A DNA stretch of 63,272 nucleotides, filler included, from a bacterium (GTDB lineage Bacteria > UBA9089 > CG2-30-40-21 > SBAY01): the NCBI GenBank assembly GCA_040757115.1. It is 3 parts of 3 records of this genome, joined end to end, with 100 filler letters (N's around TTAATTAATTAA, not from the genome) between each part and the next. Parts side by side here need not be neighbours in the genome. Positions count along the whole stretch, not along the records: positions 1 to 21,787 come from JBFLYA010000048.1; positions 21,888 to 43,575 come from JBFLYA010000049.1; 1 more part is not named here. One strand, written 5' to 3'. Below, piece after piece: positions 21,395 through 30,933 of this stretch. Within the stretch, counting starts at the first letter, position 1. Every line of letters starts with the position of its first letter. Made by a program: the position numbers and the translations under genes. The notes below the pieces were generated by a model. The model was not told the DNA's origin. It was given only the letters and a program-made list of their open reading frames with translations, and ran no database searches.

Positions 21395-21423
21395 ATTTTA
21401 CCACAAATTTTATCCTTTGTCAA
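21395..21423 (-). promoter_or_regulatory. Sigma70 promoter of the minus-strand GT2-rSAM operon
   Basis: Minus strand TTGACA-17 bp-TAAAAT with TG extension. Confidence 0.65.
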
Positions 21424-21787
21424 CAAAAATTTTTAACTGATCACCAAAAAGATCAAAAATTAGGTAAATTAGGTTCAAAAATAAGTTTGATGAGACAAAA
21501 ACGAGAAAGTTTCATTTTAGCCATCAGATTTTGGACACACTTATCCTACGGAAGGTCCTTGGAAGATCATAAAAGAAAGGACTAAAAAGTAGGTGAGAAT
21601 TATGAAGGGTATCATCTTCCATGCCAGGAACCATTATAAAACCATTTCTTAGCCTCTGGCATATAGCACTTATTAATCGAAATTTGACATAGATATGGCT
21701 ATGAAATTCCAAATCACAAATTCCAAATTCCATTTAGTGAATTAGTGAATTAAGCGAATTAGCGAATTAGTAAAATCTAATCTCTAA

Positions 21788-21887
21788 NNNNNNNNNNNNN
21801 NNNNNNNNNNNNNNNNNNNNNNNNNNNNNNNTTAATTAATTAANNNNNNNNNNNNNNNNNNNNNNNNNNNNNNNNNNNNNNNNNNNN
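21788..21887. other. Artificial contig spacer
   Basis: N run with central TTAATTAATTAA, 100 bp. Confidence 0.97.
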
Positions 21888-21915
21888 AAGGAAAAGACAG
21901 CGAATCAAAGTTTTT

Positions 21916-22047
21916 GTCTAACCCTGCGTTGCAGTTGACGGCGGGGGACTGTGCCGTGGTCAGAGTTTTGTGGTCTCTCAAAGTTTTATCTTGCTATCAA
22001 ACTTTTGTGGTAATCCTCCCCGCCGCACCTGAACTTTATCGTTAGAA
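21916..22047 (+). mobile_element. Integron attC site (132 bp)
   Basis: GTCTAAC...GTTAGAA ends, internal imperfect palindrome (GCGGGGG/CCCCGC); near-identical copies at 22240 and 22971. Confidence 0.85.
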
Positions 22048-22239
22048 CAATAAAAATAATCACACAGAGACACAAAGTCACAAAGGAATTGAATAAAACA
22101 ATAAACCTTTGTGTTCTTTGTGGCTTTGTGTGAGAAAATAAAAAGGAGATATTTTAGGGTCAACCGTGAATGTGGAATGCACAATAATTCGGTGAGGCAG
22201 AGGAAAAGGGAAAGGGAAAGACAGCGAATCAGAGCTTTT

Positions 22240-22371
22240 GTCTAACCCTGCGTTGCAGTTGACTGCGGGGGACTATGCCGTAATTAGAGTTTTGTGGTCT
22301 CTCAAAGTTTTATCTTGCTATCAAACTTTTGTGGTAATTTTCCCCGCCGCACCTGAACTTTATCGTTAGGT
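22240..22371 (+). mobile_element. Integron attC site (132 bp)
   Basis: GTCTAAC...GTTAGGT, same repeat family. Confidence 0.85.
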
Positions 22372-22414
22372 TCATGGTGGATGAAGTATTTATCTCGGTG
22401 TAAAAAGGTGGGTT

Positions 22415-22687
22415 ATGTACATTAACAAGTTAGAGTGGGACGATTATCGCATTGAGCATATTGCTCGGCATAATGTTGAACCTCGTGAAGTATGGGAAGT
22501 ATGTGAAGATTTGTTCCATCTGGCTCACCGTGAAGGACTTGATCGCTATCGATTATACGGCCAGACTGCAGAAGGTCGTTACCTATTCGTCGTATTAGAG
22601 CAAGTCAAAAAGACAGTGTATAAACCTATCACAGCTCGAGATATGACTGATAAGGAAAAGCGAAATTACAGGAGATTAATAAAATGA
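22415..22687 (+). CDS. BrnT-family toxin (cassette)
   Basis: LEWDD..IEHIARHNV...EV.E, YGQTAEGRYLFVV, ITARDM.DKEK..Y. Confidence 0.85.
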   Translation: MYINKLEWDDYRIEHIARHNVEPREVWEVCEDLFHLAHREGLDRYRLYGQTAEGRYLFVVLEQVKKTVYKPITARDMTDKEKRNYRRLIK

Positions 22688-22968
22688 ATAAGTTGCAAGT
22701 ACCAGAATTCAAAACTTACGAAGAGGAAGCAGCCTTCTGGGATAATCTCGATACCTCTGCTTTCATGGAAGATGATGGAGAATGGTTTCGATTTGAGACG
22801 CCTAATAAACGAGCGATTCGTATTACGGTTCTGCCAGAGGTCGCGGATGAACTCATACGGCGAGCTCATGCCCAAAGGGTGTCAGTTGAAACGCTGGTGA
22901 ACGTCTTACTATTGGAGCACATACGTAAATTCACTGTCGCAAGAGTAAATAAGGATGGCGATCAATAA
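22684..22968 (+). CDS. BrnA/CopG-like antitoxin
   Basis: PEFKTYEEEAAFWD motif, C-terminal RHH-like segment, ATGA-type overlap with toxin. Confidence 0.8.
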   Translation: MNKLQVPEFKTYEEEAAFWDNLDTSAFMEDDGEWFRFETPNKRAIRITVLPEVADELIRRAHAQRVSVETLVNVLLLEHIRKFTVARVNKDGDQ

Positions 22969-22970
22969 AA

Positions 22971-23102
22971 GCCTAACCAAGCGTTGCAGTGGACGGCGGG
23001 GGACTGTGCCGTGGTCAAAGTTTTGTGGTCTCTCAAAGTTTTATCTTGCTATTAAACTTTTGTGGTAATTCTCCCCGCCGCACCTGAACTTTATCGTTAG
23101 AC
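22971..23102 (+). mobile_element. Integron attC site (132 bp)
   Basis: GCCTAAC immediately after the stop codon...GTTAGAC. Confidence 0.85.
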
Positions 23103-23129
23103 GGTAAGTAAATAAAAGGAGGGAAAGCG

Positions 23130-23375
23130 ATGCTTTACAAACTCCCAGTGATACTTTCACCACAACAGGAAGGTGGATATACGGTGACTTCCCCGCTGTT
23201 ACCAGAATTGGTTACGGAGGGAGATACTATCGAGGAGGCATTGATTAACGTTCGTGACGCGTTCACAGCCGTGGTTGAAGCCTATCAAGAACTAGGTCGG
23301 TTGCTACCTGTGAATACGAAGCTGACAGATGCCAATAGCCCTGTGTGGTTAGAGACGGTGGTTACTACTCCATGA
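23130..23375 (+). CDS. hicB: HicB-family antitoxin
   Basis: EGGYTVTSPLLPELVTEGDTIEEAL.N.RDA. Confidence 0.85.
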   Translation: MLYKLPVILSPQQEGGYTVTSPLLPELVTEGDTIEEALINVRDAFTAVVEAYQELGRLLPVNTKLTDANSPVWLETVVTTP

Positions 23376-23584
23376 TCTATCGCGAAGTAACTCGTAAGTT
23401 TATTGTCTTGGGTTGCTACGAATTGCCTTGGCGAAGTGCTGGATCTCATCGTAAGTGGTTCAACCCAAATACACAACGAGTCACCTCCTTACCTGACTGG
23501 GGCGGTCGTGATCTGAAGTTGGGGACCATCCGAGCGGCTGTTCGACAATTGGGTATAGATTGGTATAGTTTTGAAAATGCCTGA
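23372..23584 (+). CDS. hicA: HicA-family toxin
   Basis: GSHRKW catalytic motif, DLKLGTIRAAVRQLGI. Confidence 0.85.
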   Translation: MIYREVTRKFIVLGCYELPWRSAGSHRKWFNPNTQRVTSLPDWGGRDLKLGTIRAAVRQLGIDWYSFENA

Positions 23585-23643
23585 GTTGTGATTTGATATA
23601 GAGTCCGTTTAACAACTTGTTAGGCGAAAAGAGGAATAGTGAA

Positions 23644-24039
23644 ATGGTTAGACTTTTTTCAGATTTGGTTGAAGAGGCGGATCCTGGAGAAAAATCAGCA
23701 ATTCGTGCGCTTCAGGCGTGGCAATTTTTAGCTGGCAAGGCAAACAATCGCCAAACAGTGAGATATGGAGATCTTGCGAATTTAATGGGATACGCAGATA
23801 ACCGCCCACTGTCTTCTATTCTTGGGCACATCATGTATTTCTGCAATCAGAATAATCTTCCCCCATTAACTATTATTGTCGTTAACAAAGATGGCACGCC
23901 AGGCGAAGGATTCACTGATGCTGTCCCAGATGAATTTCACAAAAAGCGTGAAGATGTATTTTTATACGACTGGTTCGGAACTCTGCCACCAACAATTCAG
24001 GAATTTCAGGAAGCGTGGAATGTTGGTAAGAGCAATTAA
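23644..24039 (+). CDS. Hypothetical cassette protein, possible HTH/nucleic-acid-binding fold
   Basis: TVRYGDLA helix and LPPLTIIVVNKDGTPGEGF; GAGG SD; bounded by attC-like ends. Confidence 0.6.
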   Translation: MVRLFSDLVEEADPGEKSAIRALQAWQFLAGKANNRQTVRYGDLANLMGYADNRPLSSILGHIMYFCNQNNLPPLTIIVVNKDGTPGEGFTDAVPDEFHKKREDVFLYDWFGTLPPTIQEFQEAWNVGKSN

Positions 24040-24118
24040 GCAGTGAGTTAGGGTCAGCCTTTGTTTATGGAATACAGAAATAAGAAGAAAAGAAAAAAGA
24101 CGGCGAAGTGAATCTTTT

Positions 24119-24188
24119 ACCTAACACTTGCTGCAGCCGACCCGCCTCTGTTGGCGCTCCGGCGGGCGGCTGAGCTTGGTCGTTAGGC
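24119..24188 (+). mobile_element. Integron attC site (70 bp)
   Basis: ACCTAAC...CAGCCGACCCGCC...GGCGGGCGGCTG...GTTAGGC hairpin with an extrahelical base. Confidence 0.85.
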
Positions 24189-24230
24189 AACATTGTGCTG
24201 CAACGAAGACTATAAGGAGGTCAAAAAACG

Positions 24231-24626
24231 ATGAGTACTTCAAGCGAAATGGTCAAGAAAGTTGAGGAAGGAAAGATTGTCTATTTTGAAAAAGAGGTAA
24301 ATGTAAAAGATTTGGAATGGAATGCACATTCAGTATTCAAGGGTGTCTCATTAAAGCATCTTGTGAAAGGAGAATCTACAAATGGTAAATTCAGTTGTCA
24401 TTTGGTGAAGGTAGAATCTGGTTGTCAAATTGGAGAGCATATCCACGAGGATAAATGGGAGTTACATGAGATAATTGGTGGAAAAGGCAAAGGTATTCTT
24501 GCTAATAAAGAAATTTTCTATGAAGTAGGTGTTTCTGTTGTAATTCCTGAAGGGAAAAAGCATAAAGTTATTGCTGCCGAAGAAGACTTATATTTGCTGG
24601 CAAAATTTGTTCCAGCATTAGTTTAA
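24231..24626 (+). CDS. Cupin domain protein (cassette)
   Basis: HIHEDKWELHEI...IPEGKKHKV cupin motifs; AGGAGG SD. Confidence 0.85.
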   Translation: MSTSSEMVKKVEEGKIVYFEKEVNVKDLEWNAHSVFKGVSLKHLVKGESTNGKFSCHLVKVESGCQIGEHIHEDKWELHEIIGGKGKGILANKEIFYEVGVSVVIPEGKKHKVIAAEEDLYLLAKFVPALV

Positions 24627-24658
24627 ACAGCACTCACAAACGGTACTTAGAGATGATA

Positions 24659-24722
24659 ATCTAATAGATTTCTGCACCTGATGCTATTGTACTGACGATC
24701 CATAGCGGCAGAGTTGTTAGGT
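24659..24722 (+). mobile_element. Degenerate attC site
   Basis: ATCTAAT...TCTGC...GCTAT/ATAGC...GCAGA...GTTAGGT. Confidence 0.6.
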
Positions 24723-24747
24723 GTACGGAAACAAAACGAGGTGAAAC

Positions 24748-25020
24748 ATGACAAAATTACTTGAGAAAGCTTTTAAGGAGGCATCCAGACTCCCCAATGT
24801 CGAGAAAAAGTTACCACGAATTAAACGAATTTTACGAATGAATACTAATTATTAGAATATTGTAACCGTTCAGGTGGTCTGGTGTCTATGTGTCTGAGTT
24901 ACATAGACTACCAGACACTTAGACACATTTTTATTCGTCCAATTCGTGAAATTCGTGGTATATTTTATACTTTCCTATATGATCGAGCAAAACATAGTGG
25001 CTAATTGGTTGCTTGAAGCA
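24748..25020 (+). pseudogene. Small antitoxin-like cassette gene interrupted by repeat elements
   Basis: MTKLLEKAFKEASRLPNVE resumes as EQNIVANWLLEA at ~24985 after a ~180 bp palindromic insert; TCGAG on both sides. Confidence 0.55.
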
Positions 25021-25187
25021 GGAAAGCGAACCTAAAGGTTCGCACTACATTTATCGAATGTCACAGATTAATTCGTGTCCATTTGTGGCTAATTTCTCTA
25101 ATTCTCTGTGAACTCTGTGCCTCTGTGGCTGAACGGTTAAGTTATTTTAATATAGCCACCAAAAGAAAAAAATACGAGAGGTAAGAG

Positions 25188-28184
25188 ATGAAATTACATG
25201 GAATATGGATTTTAGAAGATGAGATTGTAGCAAAAGGTAAACTTTTCCTATGGGCAGAACAGTTAAAACCTTACCTGCCTACAAAGCCAAAGAAAACTAA
25301 TATTCATCCTTATGCACTGCCTTCAAAAAAGATACTTGAATCTATTAAAATTTCTGCAACTTCGCATCAACAGGTTTTACTTCTTCCATCTTATCCAGCA
25401 TTTCCTATCCCTTCGTCTTTGATGGAGATAGACGATAAACCAGAGCTTAAGGAATGGAAGGTACCAGGTGTTGTAGTAAATGACGATGAGATTTTACAAT
25501 TTCTTATTTTGCTTGATGAGACGGAATTAAAAGAAAAGAAAATATTACTGGGTGAAGATATACTATTTTTAAGTAAGGTAGTTAGATTTGGCATTGAATT
25601 ACTTACCAGACAAAGATTCATTCCTTATCTTAAGATTACAGAAGATAAAAGCCTTGCGTGTCTTTGGCAGCCTGTATTTATAAATGAGGAAGAGAAAAAG
25701 TTATTTTCTTACCTTAAAGATTCTATGCCTGATGCTATCAGATGTGCAGTTACTAAGAAAAGCATTCCATCAAAAGAAAAATTTATCTTAGGTTTTTTGA
25801 CCTTCCTGATTAACCATACAATTAGAAATTCTATAACCTATAATTTAAGTGAATTTTTCGTAGGAGAGGGATATCCTGCTGCACAAAGAAAAGATGATTA
25901 CCTATTGGATGTAGCAAGGCAAGATGTTATTTACTCCCAGTTTAAGGATTGGTCATCTCCTCTTAAAATAAAACCTCAAGCAAAAGGCTTCAGAACATGC
26001 TTTCGGCTTGAACCTGCAAAAGGGAATAATGAACCCTGGTATTTAAAATTCCTTTTCCAGGCAGAAGACGACCCAAGTCTCCTGATTGATGTGAAGGATG
26101 CCTGGGAGAAAAAGAATAAGGTAGAAAAGGTTGGTTTGAAAGGAGATTTCCATAACAGGCTTCTAACAGACTTAGGAGTTGCTATGCGGCTTTTTCCTCA
26201 AATAGAACGGGCATTAAATGAACCTAAACCGTACGCATTAAAGATTGATACAATTGAAGCTTATTCATTTTTACAAGAGGCTTCATTATTATTTAAAGAG
26301 TGTGGTTTTGGTATATTCGTCCCATCTTTCTGGGATATGCAGCGTAAAAGGGGAACACAAGCTGGGGTAATGATGAAGGTTGCACCCTCTACAAGTAGCT
26401 CTAAATTCGGGCTTTCTCAACTTATAAAATTCGACTGGCAAATAGCAGTAGGTGATGAAACTATTCCTAAAGAGGAATTTGAGAAATTGGTCAAGCTTAA
26501 GATTCCATTGGTCAATATAAGGGGGCAATGGGTTGAACTTCAACCTGATGCAGCAGAACATATATTAAAATATCTTAAGACAAACAAAGAGATACCTCTG
26601 AATGAATTTATTCGGCTTTCCTTAGGAGGTGGAGATAAGGAGGGATTGTTGTTTGCTGGTTTTGAGGCAGAAGGCTGGCTTGCAGAATTATTGGAAGGGT
26701 TGAAAGGTGATGTCAAAATCAAAGAGATTCCTCAGCCAAAAGATTTTATTGGAACTCTTCGTCCATATCAAATAAGGGGTTTATCATGGATGGACTATAT
26801 GAACAGATTTGGGCTTGGTGTGTGTCTGGCGGATGATATGGGTCTTGGAAAAACTATTCAGTTTATTGCATTATTACTTCATCAGAAAAAGCAGGGGATA
26901 ACCGGACCTTCACTATTGGTCTGCCCTACATCAGTGATGGGTAACTGGGAAAGGGAATTAGCCAAATTCTCTCCCAACCTTAATGTATTACTTCATCATG
27001 GACATACAAGACTTAAAGGCAAGGAATTTAAAAAAGAGGCAAAAAATAAAGATGTTATTATCACCAGTTTCTCTTTGATACATCGAGATAAAGAAAGCCT
27101 TCAAAATCTTGATTTTAGATACATAGCTCTTGATGAGGCACAGAATATTAAGAATCCCTATACCAGGCAGGCACAGGCTGCTCGTAGCATTAAAGCAGAC
27201 CTAAAGGTTGCACTTACAGGTACACCTATTGAAAACAGACTCTCAGAACTCTGGTCGATTATGGAATTTTTAAATCCAGGATATTTAAGAGGTGTTACTG
27301 AATTTAGAAAAGAATTTGCTATTCCTATAGAGCGGTATAATGATGAGGAGAAAGCAAATAGGCTTAAAAAGGTAATTTCACCATTTATCCTGCGGCGACT
27401 AAAAACCGACCCCAGGATAATCACTGACCTGCCAGAAAAAGTAGAGGCAAATACATTCTGTCCACTTACCAAAGAGCAAGCAACACTGTATCAAGCCACG
27501 GTGGAAGATATGATGAAAAAGATTGAATCAAAAGAAGGAATAGATAGGAAAGGAGAGGTATTAGCTTTACTTATGAAACTAAAACAGATATGTAACCACC
27601 CTGCCCTATTCTTGCATGATAGGAGTAAACTTGAGTCCCGCTCTGCGAAATTGGAAAGGCTCAAAGAGATGCTTGAGGAGGTATTAGAGGAAAATGATAA
27701 TGCCTTGATATTCACCCAGTTTGCCGAGATGGGTAAGATGATAAAGGATTACCTTGAGGATATTTTCCTTTGTGAGGTGCTTTTTCTTTATGGTGGAGTA
27801 TCGAGGAAGAAGCGAGAAGAGATGATTGCCAGATTCCAACAAGAAGATGGCCCACGACTATTCGTGCTTTCCCTTAAGGCAGGCGGCCTGGGATTGAATC
27901 TTACCAGAGCTAATCGTGTATTTCATTTTGATAGATGGTGGAATCCTGCAGTAGAAAATCAGGCAACAGATAGAGCCTTTCGTATTGGACAGAAGAAGAA
28001 TGTTATGGTGCATAAGTTCATCTGCCAGGGAACGGTTGAGGAAAGGATAAATGAGCTATTAGAAAAGAAAAAAGGGTTGGCAGAGAAGATTGTAGGTGCA
28101 GGGGAAAATTGGATTACAGAGCTTTCAACAAAACAACTACGCCAGCTTTTTACACTGCGTAAAGAGGCAGTGATGGAGGAATAA
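25188..28184 (+). CDS. SNF2-family helicase/ATPase
   Basis: LRPYQ, LADDMGLGKT, LDEAQNIKN, TGTPIEN, SLKAGGLGLNL, WWNPAVENQATDRAFRIGQ. Confidence 0.95.
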   Translation: MKLHGIWILEDEIVAKGKLFLWAEQLKPYLPTKPKKTNIHPYALPSKKILESIKISATSHQQVLLLPSYPAFPIPSSLMEIDDKPELKEWKVPGVVVNDDEILQFLILLDETELKEKKILLGEDILFLSKVVRFGIELLTRQRFIPYLKITEDKSLACLWQPVFINEEEKKLFSYLKDSMPDAIRCAVTKKSIPSKEKFILGFLTFLINHTIRNSITYNLSEFFVGEGYPAAQRKDDYLLDVARQDVIYSQFKDWSSPLKIKPQAKGFRTCFRLEPAKGNNEPWYLKFLFQAEDDPSLLIDVKDAWEKKNKVEKVGLKGDFHNRLLTDLGVAMRLFPQIERALNEPKPYALKIDTIEAYSFLQEASLLFKECGFGIFVPSFWDMQRKRGTQAGVMMKVAPSTSSSKFGLSQLIKFDWQIAVGDETIPKEEFEKLVKLKIPLVNIRGQWVELQPDAAEHILKYLKTNKEIPLNEFIRLSLGGGDKEGLLFAGFEAEGWLAELLEGLKGDVKIKEIPQPKDFIGTLRPYQIRGLSWMDYMNRFGLGVCLADDMGLGKTIQFIALLLHQKKQGITGPSLLVCPTSVMGNWERELAKFSPNLNVLLHHGHTRLKGKEFKKEAKNKDVIITSFSLIHRDKESLQNLDFRYIALDEAQNIKNPYTRQAQAARSIKADLKVALTGTPIENRLSELWSIMEFLNPGYLRGVTEFRKEFAIPIERYNDEEKANRLKKVISPFILRRLKTDPRIITDLPEKVEANTFCPLTKEQATLYQATVEDMMKKIESKEGIDRKGEVLALLMKLKQICNHPALFLHDRSKLESRSAKLERLKEMLEEVLEENDNALIFTQFAEMGKMIKDYLEDIFLCEVLFLYGGVSRKKREEMIARFQQEDGPRLFVLSLKAGGLGLNLTRANRVFHFDRWWNPAVENQATDRAFRIGQKKNVMVHKFICQGTVEERINELLEKKKGLAEKIVGAGENWITELSTKQLRQLFTLRKEAVMEE

Positions 28185-29060
28185 ATGAGATATTGGGATT
28201 ATTATCCTCGTTATACACCAGCAAGACCAAAGGCTGTAAAGGATGGTCTGCGAACACGAAAGAAGGCAGGCGAAATAGGTGAGACATGGTGGGCAAAACG
28301 ATTTTTAGAGGTATTGAATAATTTTGGCTGGTCAAATAGGCTTGGACGAGGTAGAAGTTATGCCAGAAAAGGTCAGGTGATAGACTACAACATAGATTAT
28401 GGTATTATCACATCAAAGGTGCAGGGCACACAAAGAAGACCATATTCAATAAAGATACAGGTAAAGACTTTATCAGATAAGGAGTGGGCAGAGGTAATAA
28501 AAACTATGTCACAACAGGCACGATTTTCTGCAAAGCTGTTGGCAGGACAGATGCCTCATGATATTGAGAAGGTGTTTGAGGAAACAAAGGTTTCTTTATT
28601 CCCCACCTCTGAGAAGGATTTTGTGGCAGATTGCTCTTGCCCAGACTGGGCAAATCCATGCAAGCATATTGCCGCAGTGTATTATATAGTTGGTGAGGCA
28701 TTTGACCGCGACCCATTTTTGATATTCCATCTAAGAGGTCTTAAGAAAGATGAATTGTTAGAGGCATTAAATAAAGAAAGAGGTAGTGTGCAGAGAGAAA
28801 TTGAAGAAGTTGTTGAAGAAGAGAAAGAGGCAGCCGAGCCAATCGCTTGTGACCCGGCTATATTTTGGAAAGTAAATAAAGAGATAGATTATCACTTCGA
28901 GTTAAATCCCCCACCTTTAAATGCAGCTATTCTGCATCGGCTTGGTGTCCCACAGTTCTGGATGGGAACTGAAAAAGACTTCTACAAAACGATGGAGAAG
29001 ATATACAAAGATGTAAGTAACTCAGCCATAAAAATTGCATATTCATCAAAAGAGGTGTAA
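28185..29060 (+). CDS. SWIM zinc finger protein (usual SNF2 partner)
   Basis: RLGRGRSYAR.G.V and CSCPD...PCKH. Confidence 0.92.
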   Translation: MRYWDYYPRYTPARPKAVKDGLRTRKKAGEIGETWWAKRFLEVLNNFGWSNRLGRGRSYARKGQVIDYNIDYGIITSKVQGTQRRPYSIKIQVKTLSDKEWAEVIKTMSQQARFSAKLLAGQMPHDIEKVFEETKVSLFPTSEKDFVADCSCPDWANPCKHIAAVYYIVGEAFDRDPFLIFHLRGLKKDELLEALNKERGSVQREIEEVVEEEKEAAEPIACDPAIFWKVNKEIDYHFELNPPPLNAAILHRLGVPQFWMGTEKDFYKTMEKIYKDVSNSAIKIAYSSKEV

Positions 29061-29082
29061 AAAAGGAAAAAGGAAAAAATTT

Positions 29083-29269
29083 CGACCTGTGCAATTAGAA
29101 ATAAAAGGATAATTGATTAAACAGATTACATTTTTTATTGTAAGCGGATTGAACAGATTGAGCGGATTTTTTTTATTTCCTTTTCCGCTAAATCCGTTAA
29201 ATCCGCTTACTAAATCCACCCGCTGACTATTAAAAATCTGCTCCCTTAATTTTCTACCTGCACAGGTCG
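29083..29269. mobile_element. Miniature element, CGACCTGTG-ended family
   Basis: CGACCTGTGCA...TGCACAGGTCG; internal GCGGATT/AATCCGC mirror repeats. Confidence 0.7.
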
Positions 29270-29357
29270 ATATTTTTCCTTTGCATCTGTGCGATGAATT
29301 AGTCTAATCGCACAGGTGGAAGTTATTCATCTCTATTTCAGAGGTTTCTAAGAAGGC

Positions 29358-29840
29358 ATGAAAAAATCAAAAATGACAGAAGGTAGGGTTGTTGGTGTTT
29401 GCATAAGTAAAAAACGGGGTGTTTCAAAAGAGAATGTTAGCAGCGGTATCTTGCAAAAAGATTATGGGCTTGTCGGTGATGCTCACGCAGGGACAAATAA
29501 GCAGGTGAGTTTGCTGACTCAGGAAGATATCGAAGAAGCAGACATCCCTGCATCTCCAGGCAATTTTGCTGAAAATATTACCACCAGAGGTATTGATCTG
29601 CTGGCACTAAAGATTGGGGGTGAATTGCAAATAGGGTCCGCTCTGATTTCAATTACTCAGTTTGGCAAAACCCCAGAAGAGATGTGTGGGCACAGCTTTT
29701 CTTACCAGGGAATTGCCCTTCTGCCCACAAAAGGTGTTTTTGCTAAGGTGATAAATGGTGGGGAAGTGGAGGTTGGGGACAAAATCAGGGTAACGAGGAG
29801 GGATAATTCAGTAAGGAATTGGGGTTGTAAATATGAATAA
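29358..29840 (+). CDS. MOSC domain protein
   Basis: GLVGDAHAG, QVSLL, PGNFAENITT.G, GVFAKV..GG.V.VGD. Confidence 0.88.
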   Translation: MKKSKMTEGRVVGVCISKKRGVSKENVSSGILQKDYGLVGDAHAGTNKQVSLLTQEDIEEADIPASPGNFAENITTRGIDLLALKIGGELQIGSALISITQFGKTPEEMCGHSFSYQGIALLPTKGVFAKVINGGEVEVGDKIRVTRRDNSVRNWGCKYE

Positions 29841-30375
29841 ACCAATGTCTGATTTTCATTTCAAGCTTATGTCGTCTATTGGAATAAAGATCAGGAACCT
29901 GTTTTTATCACCCGCAAAGATCATAAAAGAAGTGAAAATCGAGCCAGGTTTTCAGGTTCTTGATTTTGGTTGTGGGCCGGGATATTTCACCATCATGGCT
30001 GCTGAAATAGTGGGAGAGTCAGGGAAAGTTTATGCTCTGGATATTCACCCACTTGCAGCTAAAATGGTTGAAAAAAGAGCGAAGAAAAAGAAATTAGCTA
30101 ATGTAAAAACTATCCTTTCTGATTGCCAAACTGGTTTGCCTGATAATACCATGGATGTTATTCTATTCTACGATACTTTTCATCTCTTAAGTGAGCCGAA
30201 TAAAGTATTAGTAGAATTACATCGGGTTTTGAAGCCAAATGGAATCCTGTCTTTCAGCGATCACCATATGAAGGAGGATGAAATCATATCCAAAGTAACA
30301 AATAGAGAATTGTTCAGGCTGTCGAGAAAGGGTAAAAGAACATATAGTCTTTTGAAGGAGGAACCGAAGAAATGA
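29833..30375 (+). CDS. Class I SAM-dependent methyltransferase
   Basis: VLDFGCGPG, YALD, RVLKPNG. Confidence 0.9.
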   Translation: MNKPMSDFHFKLMSSIGIKIRNLFLSPAKIIKEVKIEPGFQVLDFGCGPGYFTIMAAEIVGESGKVYALDIHPLAAKMVEKRAKKKKLANVKTILSDCQTGLPDNTMDVILFYDTFHLLSEPNKVLVELHRVLKPNGILSFSDHHMKEDEIISKVTNRELFRLSRKGKRTYSLLKEEPKK

Positions 30376-30539
30376 ACATCTTCAAAAAGATTATGGCTGT
30401 GGGGTGTCGGGTTTGCCCTCTTTGCTGGTATGCTCGTAAACACCCAAAGAATTGGTTGGGCAGGCTCATGCAGTGGCATGGCAAGTGGTGTCCTGTCTGG
30501 AATGCCCATGAAGAATTTTATGGAGAAAAGAGAGATTGA
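30372..30539 (+). CDS. 55-aa Cys-rich protein (not in the ORF track)
   Basis: MNIFKKIMAVGCRVCPLCWYARKHPKNWLGRLMQWHGKWCPVWNAHEEFYGEKRD; overlaps both neighbours by 4 nt; upstream AAGGAGG. Confidence 0.7.
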   Translation: MNIFKKIMAVGCRVCPLCWYARKHPKNWLGRLMQWHGKWCPVWNAHEEFYGEKRD

Positions 30540-30820
30540 TAACTTTTAAAAACCTTGATGAAGCAAGAAGAATATTGGGTCTGGATGAAGAGGTCAGCTT
30601 AGAAGAAATAAAAGAAGCATATCACAATAAAGCTAAAAAGCTTCATCCGGATAAAGGTGGAGAAGAAGAGCAGATGAAGAGGCTAAACCAAGCATACAAA
30701 TTGCTTATCTCCTATTGCTCAAACTATAAAATCTCCTTTAGACAAGAGGATTACAAACGGGCTAACCCAGATGTGATGGAACGATTTATGCATGACTGGA
30801 TGTGGGGTGATGGGGTGTGA
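30536..30820 (+). CDS. Small DnaJ-domain protein
   Basis: ILGL...EIKEAY...LHPDKGG...LNQAY. Confidence 0.85.
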   Translation: MITFKNLDEARRILGLDEEVSLEEIKEAYHNKAKKLHPDKGGEEEQMKRLNQAYKLLISYCSNYKISFRQEDYKRANPDVMERFMHDWMWGDGV

Positions 30821-30933
30821 TATACTTTAAAAGCTCACAAACTGTGATTTTTTAAAAGCCAGCTCCTGATAGGCTTAGGAGTTAGGTCAGGATAGTTGTG
30901 CAAAAAGACTAACTTTATAACCCCTAAACCAAA

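Noticed and set aside
21916-23102. Three 132-bp direct repeats as a CRISPR or ncRNA array
   Set aside because: Too long, separated by whole genes, and bounded by RYYYAAC/GTTRRRY; they fit attC
25188-29060. SNF2+SWIM as a novel defence system
   Set aside because: A widespread known gene pair with no extra components here
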